In this document: positions 19,472-28,076 of the stretch, piece by piece
Numbering within the stretch: the first letter of the stretch is position 1
How the letters are laid out: each line of letters opens with the position of its first letter
Notes under the pieces: model-generated
Seen by the model: the letters and a program-made list of their open reading frames with translations, nothing else
What the model was told of the DNA's origin: nothing
Database searches by the model: none
Program-made: the position numbers and the translations under genes
IMG/VR virus record: IMGVR_UViG_3300010371_000028
Span: 32,001-96,000 of that record
Direction: 5' to 3' (one strand)
DNA length: 64,000 nt
Origin: a virus

Positions 19472-19648
19472 TTACCCGCTGCTGGTGCGGATCAGGTCAG
19501 CGCCTTGCGGAGCGCAGTGGTTGCACACCCACTGCTCGCCGTCCCACCCGCCGTGCCGTCCGCAGAACGCTCGCCGGCACTTGTTGCAGAACTCGCACGG
19601 TTTGCCGGATCGGCGCGGACACAGGGCGCATGTCTTGCGGCCCTTCAT
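19472..19648 (-). CDS. 58-aa Cys-rich zinc-finger protein (not in ORF track)
   Basis: Manual translation: MKGRKTCALCPRRSGKPCEFCNKCRRAFCGRHGGWDGEQWVCNHCAPQGADLIRTSSG. Confidence 0.6.
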   Translation of the reverse strand: MKGRKTCALCPRRSGKPCEFCNKCRRAFCGRHGGWDGEQWVCNHCAPQGADLIRTSSG

Positions 19649-19659
19649 GGATGGGCGCC

Positions 19660-20076
19660 CTAAGCCGAGGGCTTCGTTGCGGCAGCCTTGCGGGCCCGGG
19701 TGGCCGACTTCTTAGCCGGCTCGGGGCTCGCCGCGGCAGGGGCGGGAAGCGGAGCCGCCGGCGCGACCGCCGAGGCGACCTGCGCCATGCTCAGTCCTCC
19801 GCCGGCCAGGGCTGCGGCGAGTGCCGCGACCGACTGTGCGGCAACGGCGTCGAAGGTGGACTTCGCCGCCTCGGCGGTCTTCTGCTCCTTGTCCGTAAGC
19901 GGCACCTCGGACGGGACGCCGGCCCACAGCGGGTCCTTCGCCAGGTGCGGCTCGCAGCGCGGGCAGTCGACGGACATGTGCACATCGCCCTGGTCGGGCC
20001 GCTCGTCGTAGTGGTGGCCCGCGCAGGCGCCGCCAGGCGGCACGTAGGTGCGGATTCCGGTCTGTGCGTAACGCAA
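19660..20076 (-). CDS. Hypothetical protein with Zn-binding motif and Ala/Lys-rich tail
   Basis: TTG start 6 nt after AGGAG; CAGHH...CPRC. Confidence 0.7.
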   Translation of the reverse strand: MRYAQTGIRTYVPPGGACAGHHYDERPDQGDVHMSVDCPRCEPHLAKDPLWAGVPSEVPLTDKEQKTAEAAKSTFDAVAAQSVAALAAALAGGGLSMAQVASAVAPAAPLPAPAAASPEPAKKSATRARKAAATKPSA

Positions 20077-20085
20077 AGCTGGCTC

Positions 20086-20388
20086 CTAGGTGGTGTATCC
20101 GGGGGGCGGCAGGATGACGATGGTGACGTCCGGCGGCGTCGCCCCGGCTACTACCGCGGTCAGGCCGGCGTGGAGACGGATGTCGTACGGGAGGGCCACC
20201 TGCGCTGTCGCCGCGATTGCCGCGATCTCGGGGTGCGCGGTGTCGGGCCCGTCGTAGAGGGTGACTGTCGCGCCGCTCTGGCCCGTGTTGATGGTGACGA
20301 GGTGCAGGATGGCGCCGGGGTTGACGTCGAGGTTCTGGGTGCCGGCTGCGTTCAGGTGGAACGCGGCGCCGCCTACGGCCGTGCTGAT
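20086..20388 (-). CDS. Small virion (head decoration-like) protein; start uncertain
   Basis: Natural-looking frame ISTAVGGAAFHLNAAGTQ...GAILHLVTIN...VTLYDG; no ATG/GTG/TTG near the RBS-like CAGGTGG; ATC at 20388 is proposed. Confidence 0.6.
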   Translation of the reverse strand: MSTAVGGAAFHLNAAGTQNLDVNPGAILHLVTINTGQSGATVTLYDGPDTAHPEIAAIAATAQVALPYDIRLHAGLTAVVAGATPPDVTIVILPPPGYTT

Positions 20389-20696
20389 ACGCCACCTGCT
20401 TCCGGGGTCTTGCGGGGCCGGCGCCCGGGCGCGAGCGGTTCCTGGCACTTGGGGCAGTCGGTTTGCCAGGCGTAACCCACGAACGTGCATGCCGGACAGT
20501 GCGTCGAGGACGTCTTGAGGGGCGCGCTGTAGACGGCGCGCGCGATCATTCCGCCGGATTCGTCCGAAGCGCGCATGATCTCTCGGACGTGTTCGGGCCG
20601 GTCCACCGTGAGGCGTCCGGAGCGGGTCGCGTTGTAGCGGGAGCCGTCTTGCATCTGCAACCCGGTGCAGCCGGGGGGGACGCGGAGTTCGGGCAC
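20373..20696 (-). CDS. Hypothetical protein with C-terminal Zn ribbon
   Basis: GTG 20696 after AGGA; CPAC...CPKC. Confidence 0.65.
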   Translation of the reverse strand: MPELRVPPGCTGLQMQDGSRYNATRSGRLTVDRPEHVREIMRASDESGGMIARAVYSAPLKTSSTHCPACTFVGYAWQTDCPKCQEPLAPGRRPRKTPEAGGVSARP

Positions 20697-20777
20697 GAGG
20701 GTTCCTACCGTTCGGGTTCGTTCGCTAGCCGCGTCCGGCCGGGGCTCCCCGGCCGGACGCGGGTGCCGCATGGGCGA

Positions 20778-22583
20778 TCAGCTGTAGGTGCCGCCGTTGC
20801 CGACGGTGGTCTTCTGGATGCCCTGCAGCAGGCCGTTGTACTGGACCGCCGGGGAGAACAGTGCCCCGTACATGAACAGGCTGTAGCGGAAGGTCACGTC
20901 CACGACGGGCCACGAGATGGACAGGTAGTCCTGGACCATCACGTTCTCCCACACGTTGCCGACGTTCGTCCACGGCTGCGGGAGCTTGTAGGACAGCGCC
21001 ATGGCGGTGCCCTGCGGGATGTACGGGTGAACCCGGAGGTTCATCACCTTGCGCGTCACCGGGTTGGTGTACTCGCTGACGGCGACGCCGCCGCGCACAC
21101 CCCCGACCTCGCTCTGGTTGATGAAGAACCGGTAGTTGTTCGGGTTGGCCTGGTTGTTCTGGTTCGCGAGCGAACCGGCCAGCCGGGTCAGGTCGCCGCC
21201 CTCGGCCCACAGGTCGTCCGGGTCGGCGAAGATGCCGTTCGGGCCGTCCCACATGCCGGTGAGCATGTTGTTGATGGCGTTCTCCGACAGGATGTCGCCG
21301 ACGGAGTCGTTGACGTACGAGCCCTGGTAGCCGGACGGGTAGACGGCGGAACCGCCGGACGCCGAGTGGCCGGAGATCGTCGGGATGAAACCCTCGTAGT
21401 CCGTGGTCGCCGAGGTGCCGGTGTCGGCGGTCGGCGGGGTCGCAGTCCCGGTCGGCAGCGCGCCCTGCAGGGTGAAGCGGGTCGCGCCGACGGCCGAGGC
21501 CATCAGGTGGAAGCCGCTGTTGGCCGGGGCGGCCGTGCCGGTGCCGACGTAGACGTTGTAGGCGAGCGCGCCGTTGGACGGGCTGATCAGCACGTCGACC
21601 ACGTTGCCAGCCGACCAGGCGACGGACGCGCTGGAGGAGCCCGCGGTCTCGCCGTAGTAGTTCAGCGCCGTGACGATCACGTACACGTTCGTGGTGACGC
21701 CGGACAGCGCCGTCTCGCCGCTGCCCGCGGCGCGAGCCGTGAGACCGGGCGTTCCCGGGGCCGACAAAGCGATCGAAGTCGCGCCGATCATGGCGCGCTC
21801 CTCGAGGACCATCATCTCCTGCAGCAGCACCAGCGACGCGAGCCCCGCGGCGTCGTCGAACCCCTGACCGGCGAACTGCGCCAGCCAGGAAACCGCCTCG
21901 GTCAGGCCGAAGAACTTGTACGGGACATTGACGTCCACGGCGGTCTGCGACCCGGAGGCGGGCAGCTGGTTGGGCCAGTTGTTGCCCGCGATACCGCCGC
22001 CGGCAGGCAGCTCCGGGATCGAGATGCGGTTGGAGGTCACGCCGAGCTGGCCCGGCAGCGCGCCGGAGATCGAGGTCATGACCTTCGCCCGGTGCACGGT
22101 GCCCTGGCCGGGCACACGCGGGATCAGGTTCCGCAGCGGCGAGTAGACCGGGTAGATCAGCTGCGTCGGCGCCGTCAGGTCGAACGGCACCAGGCCGGTC
22201 GCGTTCGGCGAAGTCAGCGTGATGGACTTGCCCAGTTGCGCGGACAGCTGGTCGTTCAGCTGCGACACGAACTGGTTCATCGCGTAGACCTGCGGGCTGT
22301 TCTGCATCGCCATCGACAGGGCGTTGCCGAACGCCGGCGACAGCGACTTCAGGACGGTCGCCGGGTCGGACAGGCCCTTGCGGATGGCCGACTTGAGCAG
22401 GTGCTCGGCGGCGTAGGCCTGGTCGTCCTCGCTGGCGCCGACACGGCGGCCCTTGACGAGGGCGGGGATGCGGCGGGAGATCGCGTCTCCGTAGCCGCCG
22501 TTGCGAACCTCGCCGAGAACCGACTTCGCAATGACGTCGGTGTTCGCCTCGCTCGAGATCTGCTCGATGGTTGCGCGCGTTAT
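20778..22583 (-). CDS. Major capsid protein
   Basis: Large ORF after the scaffold/protease gene; GLVPFDL...IYPVYSPLRNLIPR motif. The frame is open 90 codons upstream of ATG 22313 to an ATA 6 nt after AAAGGAG. Confidence 0.85.
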   Translation of the reverse strand: MTRATIEQISSEANTDVIAKSVLGEVRNGGYGDAISRRIPALVKGRRVGASEDDQAYAAEHLLKSAIRKGLSDPATVLKSLSPAFGNALSMAMQNSPQVYAMNQFVSQLNDQLSAQLGKSITLTSPNATGLVPFDLTAPTQLIYPVYSPLRNLIPRVPGQGTVHRAKVMTSISGALPGQLGVTSNRISIPELPAGGGIAGNNWPNQLPASGSQTAVDVNVPYKFFGLTEAVSWLAQFAGQGFDDAAGLASLVLLQEMMVLEERAMIGATSIALSAPGTPGLTARAAGSGETALSGVTTNVYVIVTALNYYGETAGSSSASVAWSAGNVVDVLISPSNGALAYNVYVGTGTAAPANSGFHLMASAVGATRFTLQGALPTGTATPPTADTGTSATTDYEGFIPTISGHSASGGSAVYPSGYQGSYVNDSVGDILSENAINNMLTGMWDGPNGIFADPDDLWAEGGDLTRLAGSLANQNNQANPNNYRFFINQSEVGGVRGGVAVSEYTNPVTRKVMNLRVHPYIPQGTAMALSYKLPQPWTNVGNVWENVMVQDYLSISWPVVDVTFRYSLFMYGALFSPAVQYNGLLQGIQKTTVGNGGTYS

Positions 22584-22614
22584 ATGCCACTCCTTTCCGG
22601 GGTGGTCAGGTGCT

Positions 22615-24963
22615 CTAGCTGAGCAGCTTGACCGCCAGCTCGCGGCCGGCAGTCTTCATCAGTTCATCGAGGGCGGGAAGGGCGATCCCCTGGTCGGGGT
22701 CCTTCGCCTGCTTGACGAGCCTCACGAGCCGCTCCGTACGCGCAGCCTCGTCCCCGCCCGCGGGGACCTCCTGGCCGTCGTGCTTCGCCTTGGTGAGACT
22801 GGCCCCGGACCGCGGCGCCATCTGCGCCGGGTCGGGGGACGATTCGAACTCGGCGATCCTCGCCTCGAGGTCGCCGATGGTCTTGGTGAGGTCACCGAAC
22901 TGGTCGGCGACGAGGTCCCGGATCGTGGACTTCAACATCTCCGGGTCGATGAGGGGCCCCGCGGTGGCAGTGGCGGCCGGCGCGGCGGCTTCCTGCGCGG
23001 GGTTCGCGGCGTTGGCCATCTCGGCCTCCTTCGTGACGTGCGGGGTGACGAGGGACGCGGCGTGCGCGGCGTCGACCGGGATCGGCGTGCTCGTCGCGTT
23101 GGTCTTGCCGAACTGCTGCGGGACGGGCGCGCTCGCGGCGGGAGAAACGCCCATCGCGCCGTGCGCGGACTCGCCCATGGCGCACACGCCCGGGTGCTGG
23201 CCGGCGATGTAGTCGTGCATCGCGGCGAGGACGCCCTTGGCCTGCTCGCGGGCCGCGGTCGTGTAGTAGGTGCGCGCGTCCTTGGCCGCCGACCCGGGGG
23301 ACGCGGCTTCGCGCCCGGCCGTGATCAGAGGGCGCTTGAAGTCGTCGGGGTTCGGAACGTGGCTGGCGAGGGGGATGCGCGGCTTCTGGCCGGAGCCCGC
23401 CGTCTGGTTGGCGCGCCCGGCGGACACATACGGCCGTTCGAACTGGCCCGGGGTGATGCTGCCGGGCTTCACGTGCACGTCCGGGTAGTAGTCGGCGAAC
23501 GCCTTGCGGAGATCCGTCATGGCTTCGGCCATCAGGCCCGAGTCGGCGGCCTTCAGGACCGCGGCGAGGCTGTAGGCGTGCGAGAGGCTGGGCAGCGCCA
23601 TGGCCGCGCTGGCGGAGTCGCCGGCGGTCAACGCCGCGGAGATGGAGGCTGCGAACACGTCGGGGTCGGCGATGTGCGCGAGGCCCTTCGATACGGCGGG
23701 GTGAGCGGCGATCACGTCGTCGGCGCGGTATGCGGCGCAGGTGGCGTCGTGCAGCCGGGCCAGGTGGTAGGCGGCCGGTCCCGCAGCGCTCTTGGTGGCG
23801 TGCGCGGCCGGCGAGTCGGTCGCCTCGTCCTTGTCCTGGGCCGCAGCCGCCGTCTGCACGTCCTCGCGCACGTTCTCGAGCGCCTGGGCGACCATCTGGT
23901 CGGCCGGGTGAGTGGTCGCGTCGGGGTCCTTGGCCTGGGCGGCGAGCGCGGCGTCAGCGTCCTGCTCAAGCCGGTCGATGGCGCGTTCGACGTCCGTGTC
24001 GGCGGTAGACGGCTTGGCTGCCTTCTTCATGGCGGTGCCGCACTGGGCGCAGAACTTGTCGCTCTTGCGCATCGGGGCGTCGCATTCCGAGCAGTTGCCG
24101 GCCTTCTGCGCCTGCGCCTTCTCCGCCGAGTCGTCGTCGGAGTCGCCCTCGTCCTCGGCGTCGTCGGGCTCGCTGCCGTCGTCGCCCTCGAACGGCTTGG
24201 CCGCGCCCTTGAACGGCGGCTTGCCCTTCTCAATCTCGTCGCCGGCCTTGGCCGCAGCCGGCTCGCCTGTGGGCTCGGCGTCCTTCTTCGCGTCGTCGTC
24301 CTTCACGTCTTCGCCCTTCCACGAGTCGGGGATCTTCGCTTCGAATTCGGGCCCCTTGCGGCGGGCGATAGCCATGGCACGCTGCTTGATCTTCTCGGGG
24401 TCGCCCTTGATGTCGTGGTTCAGGTTCGGGGCGATGTCCGCGACGTCTTTCGGGGTGACGATCGGGAATGCGCGGTGCTCCGGGTCGGCGAAGTCCTCAG
24501 TCGGGATCTTGTCGCGGTCCACTCCGCCGCCGACGTTCCGATCGAAGTCCCGCTTGGCGACCTCGCGGACCGAAGGCTCTGCGGTGAGTTGCCGCTTGAG
24601 CGCGTTCAGCTTCGCCAGGTCGCGCGGGGAGAACGACACGGACACGTCCGCCGGGAGCTCCACCGTCACCGTCTCGGCCTCGATCGCCTTCGTGGCGCCC
24701 TGCGCGGGCGCTGGCGCGTCCTGGCGGTCCGGTTCGGTCATGACGGCGGCAATATGCCCCTCCTGGGTTTCTGCGGCGGCCACGTTGGCCGCCGGATTGA
24801 TCTCGGCAACGTCAAGGGCCTTCATCATGAGAATGGGGAATCCGTTTGCCGGCGTACCGACACCATCCACGCGAGTCGGGTCGAACTTCTCCAACTCGGT
24901 GATCTTCTCCAGGTCATCGCCGGCCTCCCCCTGGTTTCCGACCCCTGGAAACGCTGCGGCCAT
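22615..24963 (-). CDS. Scaffold/prohead-protease-associated multidomain protein
   Basis: AGGAGG RBS before ATG 24963; RVDGVGTPANGFPILMMK motif, DFADPEHRAFPI segment, double Zn ribbon CSEC...CAQC, acidic linkers. Confidence 0.75.
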   Translation of the reverse strand: MAAAFPGVGNQGEAGDDLEKITELEKFDPTRVDGVGTPANGFPILMMKALDVAEINPAANVAAAETQEGHIAAVMTEPDRQDAPAPAQGATKAIEAETVTVELPADVSVSFSPRDLAKLNALKRQLTAEPSVREVAKRDFDRNVGGGVDRDKIPTEDFADPEHRAFPIVTPKDVADIAPNLNHDIKGDPEKIKQRAMAIARRKGPEFEAKIPDSWKGEDVKDDDAKKDAEPTGEPAAAKAGDEIEKGKPPFKGAAKPFEGDDGSEPDDAEDEGDSDDDSAEKAQAQKAGNCSECDAPMRKSDKFCAQCGTAMKKAAKPSTADTDVERAIDRLEQDADAALAAQAKDPDATTHPADQMVAQALENVREDVQTAAAAQDKDEATDSPAAHATKSAAGPAAYHLARLHDATCAAYRADDVIAAHPAVSKGLAHIADPDVFAASISAALTAGDSASAAMALPSLSHAYSLAAVLKAADSGLMAEAMTDLRKAFADYYPDVHVKPGSITPGQFERPYVSAGRANQTAGSGQKPRIPLASHVPNPDDFKRPLITAGREAASPGSAAKDARTYYTTAAREQAKGVLAAMHDYIAGQHPGVCAMGESAHGAMGVSPAASAPVPQQFGKTNATSTPIPVDAAHAASLVTPHVTKEAEMANAANPAQEAAAPAATATAGPLIDPEMLKSTIRDLVADQFGDLTKTIGDLEARIAEFESSPDPAQMAPRSGASLTKAKHDGQEVPAGGDEAARTERLVRLVKQAKDPDQGIALPALDELMKTAGRELAVKLLS

Positions 24964-25020
24964 CGTGAACCTCCTGGCGATCATTACCCTGAAACAGGGC
25001 GTGGTGGAGTTCGAATTCGG

Positions 25021-25026
25021 TAGAAT
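25021..25026 (+). promoter_or_regulatory. Probable -10 element for a leaderless transcript
   Basis: TAGAAT 5 nt before the GTG at 25032; no SD sequence. Confidence 0.45.
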
Positions 25027-25031
25027 CTGAC

Positions 25032-26516
25032 GTGGCTACCAATGCAGAGAAATCGGCGTTAGCCGAACGGGCTTTCCTGGCACGCCTCGCCGAACTTGGC
25101 GTCATGCCGGACTACGAAAAGTGGGAGGGCACGGGGCGCCCCCACAAGGCAATCTGCCGTGTGGGCCACGAGTGCTATCCGTACCCCTCCGCGATCCGCA
25201 AAGGAATCGGGCCGTGCAGAGCCTGCGCCGGGCAGGACCCGCGCATGGCAGAGGCGGCGTTCCGGAACCGCCTCGCCGAACTGGGAGCCGCCCCCGTCTA
25301 CGACACCTGGCTCGGTGCGCGCAAAGGCCATGCCGTGATCTGCAAGAACGGGCACGCGTGCCATCCGACGCCCGATGCGATCCGCGCAGGAAACGGTCCC
25401 TGCAACACCTGCGCCGGCACGAACAGTGCGGCGGCCGAACGGAACTACAAGGTCCGGCTCGCTGAACTCGGAGCCGCGCCCGCCTGGACCGCCTGGATCG
25501 GCGCCGCGAAGCCTCACAAGGTCATGTGCCCGCAAGGGCACGAATGCTCCCCGATCCCTTCGGGCGTCATGGGAGGCAAAGGCTTATGTCGGACATGCGC
25601 CCGGCTCGACCCGCTGGTAGCCGAAGTCGCATTCCGACGGCGCCTCGACGAACTCGGCGTCGTCGCCGAATGGGCAACGTGGCGCGGCAATCACGCCAAG
25701 TACCAGGCAACCTGCGCTGCCGGGCACGAGTGCTGGCCGCGCCCTGACCACTTGCGGCGAGGCGACGGGCCCTGCCGCGCCTGTGGGAAGTGCGACCCCG
25801 TCGAGGCCGAGGCCCAGACCCGGCGTCGGCTGGAAGCATCCGGCTTCACGCCGGCTTGGGAACAGTGGGTCGGTGCAGGCCGCCCCCACAAAGTAGCCTG
25901 CCCGGCCGGACACGAGTTCCCCATGTACCCGTCCGCGCTGGCGCGGAGAGGGTGTACGTGCCCTCATTGCGCCGGCACGACTCCGGAAGCGATCGAGAGC
26001 GTCTTTAGGGATGCCGTCGTGAGGCAGGGCGCCACCCCAGCGTGGGGCAGTTGGCTAGGGAGCAGCCAGGGCCACAGGGTCATCTGCAAGAACGGGCATG
26101 TGGTCTACCCCAGGCCGAACGGTGTCGGGCAGGGGCGTGGCGTCTGCCGGTTCTGCAAGGGCCGGGCTTGGGACGTCTTCTACGTCGTGGTCAACGACGT
26201 GAAGCGCGAACTGAAATTCGGGATCACGAGCGGCGACCCCCGGGGGCGCCTTGCCGTCCACAGGAACCGCGGCTTCTCGCATGTGGCCCTGATCGCCGCG
26301 ACTCCGCTGGCCCTGAAGATCGAAACCGCGACGAAGAGAGCCCTCCGCGCCGCCGGACACCGGCCCGCCCACGGCAGGGAGTACTTCGGCCTTGACGCCC
26401 TGGAAGAAGTCTTACAGGTGGCGATCAGCTACGGACTCGAAGCCGGGATCAGTCGCGAAGACTGGCCAGGGCGTCCTGGGACGGCTCTCGCCTTACGGCC
26501 GAGCCTTGCATGCTGA
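25032..26516 (+). CDS. Six-repeat Zn-ribbon protein with C-terminal GIY-YIG-like domain (free-standing endonuclease-like)
   Basis: Six ~62-aa repeats (LAELG..P...W.G...H.V.C..GH...P.P......G.C..C), then FYVVV...LKFGITSGDPRGRLAVH...LKIE. Confidence 0.7.
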   Translation: MATNAEKSALAERAFLARLAELGVMPDYEKWEGTGRPHKAICRVGHECYPYPSAIRKGIGPCRACAGQDPRMAEAAFRNRLAELGAAPVYDTWLGARKGHAVICKNGHACHPTPDAIRAGNGPCNTCAGTNSAAAERNYKVRLAELGAAPAWTAWIGAAKPHKVMCPQGHECSPIPSGVMGGKGLCRTCARLDPLVAEVAFRRRLDELGVVAEWATWRGNHAKYQATCAAGHECWPRPDHLRRGDGPCRACGKCDPVEAEAQTRRRLEASGFTPAWEQWVGAGRPHKVACPAGHEFPMYPSALARRGCTCPHCAGTTPEAIESVFRDAVVRQGATPAWGSWLGSSQGHRVICKNGHVVYPRPNGVGQGRGVCRFCKGRAWDVFYVVVNDVKRELKFGITSGDPRGRLAVHRNRGFSHVALIAATPLALKIETATKRALRAAGHRPAHGREYFGLDALEEVLQVAISYGLEAGISREDWPGRPGTALALRPSLAC

Positions 26517-26973
26517 CCCCGCGGATCTTGCCGCTCTTGATGAGTTCCCAGGTCTCCGGGGTCCACTGGATCCCCAGGAGCCAGTCCCCGGACTTGATCG
26601 TCTGCGTTGTGCCGTCGGCTGCGGTCAAGTGCCAGTCGGGGCCGCGATAGACATACGATTCCACAACGTTGCCGCTGCCATCCGTGCCCTGCTGATGCCA
26701 CAGCCCCACCGAGCGCGACTTCAGCATGTAGGACCACGCCGCATCCTCGACCGCCTGCGGGCCTGCGAAGTCGCGGAAGCCGTCCGCGGCCACGCCGGCA
26801 TCCGGCTTGTTCGCTGGATACGCGACGTGCAGGGTGAAGCGGCGATCAGGCTGCGACTTCACGACGCGGGCGGCGATGCCCATGCCGTCCCATACGTCAG
26901 GCTGCGCGTCCTTGACGACTTCGCCGCCGTCGATGACCACGCGCTCGGTGCCGTCTTCGATAGTGACGCGCAG
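26449..26973 (-). CDS. XkdF-like putative serine protease (head maturation)
   Basis: RFTLHVAYPANKPD...DFAGPQAVEDAAW...VGLWH...VVESY...GDWLLG...IKSGKIRGVSMQG; start CTG 26973 or GTG 26940. Confidence 0.8.
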   Translation of the reverse strand: MRVTIEDGTERVVIDGGEVVKDAQPDVWDGMGIAARVVKSQPDRRFTLHVAYPANKPDAGVAADGFRDFAGPQAVEDAAWSYMLKSRSVGLWHQQGTDGSGNVVESYVYRGPDWHLTAADGTTQTIKSGDWLLGIQWTPETWELIKSGKIRGVSMQGSAVRREPSQDALASLRD

Positions 26974-26982
26974 ATGCAGCTC

Positions 26983-27603
26983 CTACCTGGTTTCGAGCCG
27001 GGTCAGCAGTTCGGTCCAGTCCGCGAAGGCGCGGACGTTCGGGTACTGCCGCCAGGATTGAGGGGTCCACGGGCGTATCGGCGTCCACACGTCGACACCG
27101 GGCCGGGCGATGGTGAGCCACTTCGCGGGGTCATCGTCGATCAGGACGGCCGGATTCATGGGCCCTCGGGCGGCGAGCGCCATCGTTTTCGATGTGGGAC
27201 CGTCGAGGATCTGCCCGTCGCGCGGCACCGCGCTGGCGTCGAGCCACTTTTCAGTGGCGGGCGCGGTGGACGCCGGGCGGTCCGAGGCGATGAGGACCCG
27301 ATGTCCGGAAGCGCGCACGGTTCGCAGCGCCGCGATGGCTTCGCGGTCCGGGGCGAGGTTGAGGATCCACGGGTCGCGTGCGGATTGGGCGAGCAGCCAT
27401 CTCTTCTGGTCTGGCTCGAACAGGTTCACGTACGGGTAGGCGCGCATGTCCGAGACAAGATGCGAGGAGCCGAAGCGCGCGTTGACTGCGGTGCAGCCGG
27501 CTTCGACCTCCTGCGCGAGTACGTTGTCGATGTCGCACACCACGAGCGGTCGTGTCGCCTCGGCCGCGAAAACGGCACCGAGATCCACGCGGCCTCCCGT
27601 CAA
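26983..27603 (-). CDS. HAD-superfamily 5'(3')-nucleotidase-like protein
   Basis: CDIDNVL (motif I), IASDR (II), SK (III), LIDDDP (IV). Confidence 0.75.
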   Translation of the reverse strand: MTGGRVDLGAVFAAEATRPLVVCDIDNVLAQEVEAGCTAVNARFGSSHLVSDMRAYPYVNLFEPDQKRWLLAQSARDPWILNLAPDREAIAALRTVRASGHRVLIASDRPASTAPATEKWLDASAVPRDGQILDGPTSKTMALAARGPMNPAVLIDDDPAKWLTIARPGVDVWTPIRPWTPQSWRQYPNVRAFADWTELLTRLETR

Positions 27604-28076
27604 CGGCGGTCGTAGTCGTGCAGGTGCAGCGAGCGCTTGTGCACGTGCGGCCGATAGCCCAGGGTCCGCAGTAGCTGGGACAGGCGGGTATCGAGCCGGT
27701 GCCAGTCCTTGGCCGGGGACCCGTCGCCATCTACATCACCGAGCCGGCCCATGAGACCGGGATGGCGAGTTTTGAGCCTGCCCGCCAGTTTCACGCAGCC
27801 GAGCCCGTCCTGGAGCCACGTGTGCTCGATCCGGTACGGGCTTGTACACCACGGCCGGGCGCAGGCCCCCATGGCGGCGGTAACACCGTCGGCCGGAAGC
27901 ATGTCGTGCTCGATGAGGATCAGGTCACCTGGGCGGTCCCATTCGGCGGCGAGGAGGCGCCAGTAGGCTTCGACGTCTGCGTCGAGTTGGCAGATTCTCG
28001 CACCCTCGGCCTGCGCCCACCTGCGGGTCGCTTCGTGCAGCATGCCGGGTGCTGCCGCAACGATGGCCACCGTCAC
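27600..28076 (-). CDS. Short GT-A-like glycosyltransferase
   Basis: GDLILIEHDML (DxD-like), GLGCVKL, D..LS..L...GY..HVH...H pattern. Confidence 0.6.
   Translation of the reverse strand: MTVAIVAAAPGMLHEATRRWAQAEGARICQLDADVEAYWRLLAAEWDRPGDLILIEHDMLPADGVTAAMGACARPWCTSPYRIEHTWLQDGLGCVKLAGRLKTRHPGLMGRLGDVDGDGSPAKDWHRLDTRLSQLLRTLGYRPHVHKRSLHLHDYDRR

Noticed and set aside
20725-22590. 621-aa minus-strand ORF starting at the GTG after the capsid RBS
   Set aside because: The GTG overlaps the SD itself and the translation is Arg/Pro-rich; the capsid frame is the coding one
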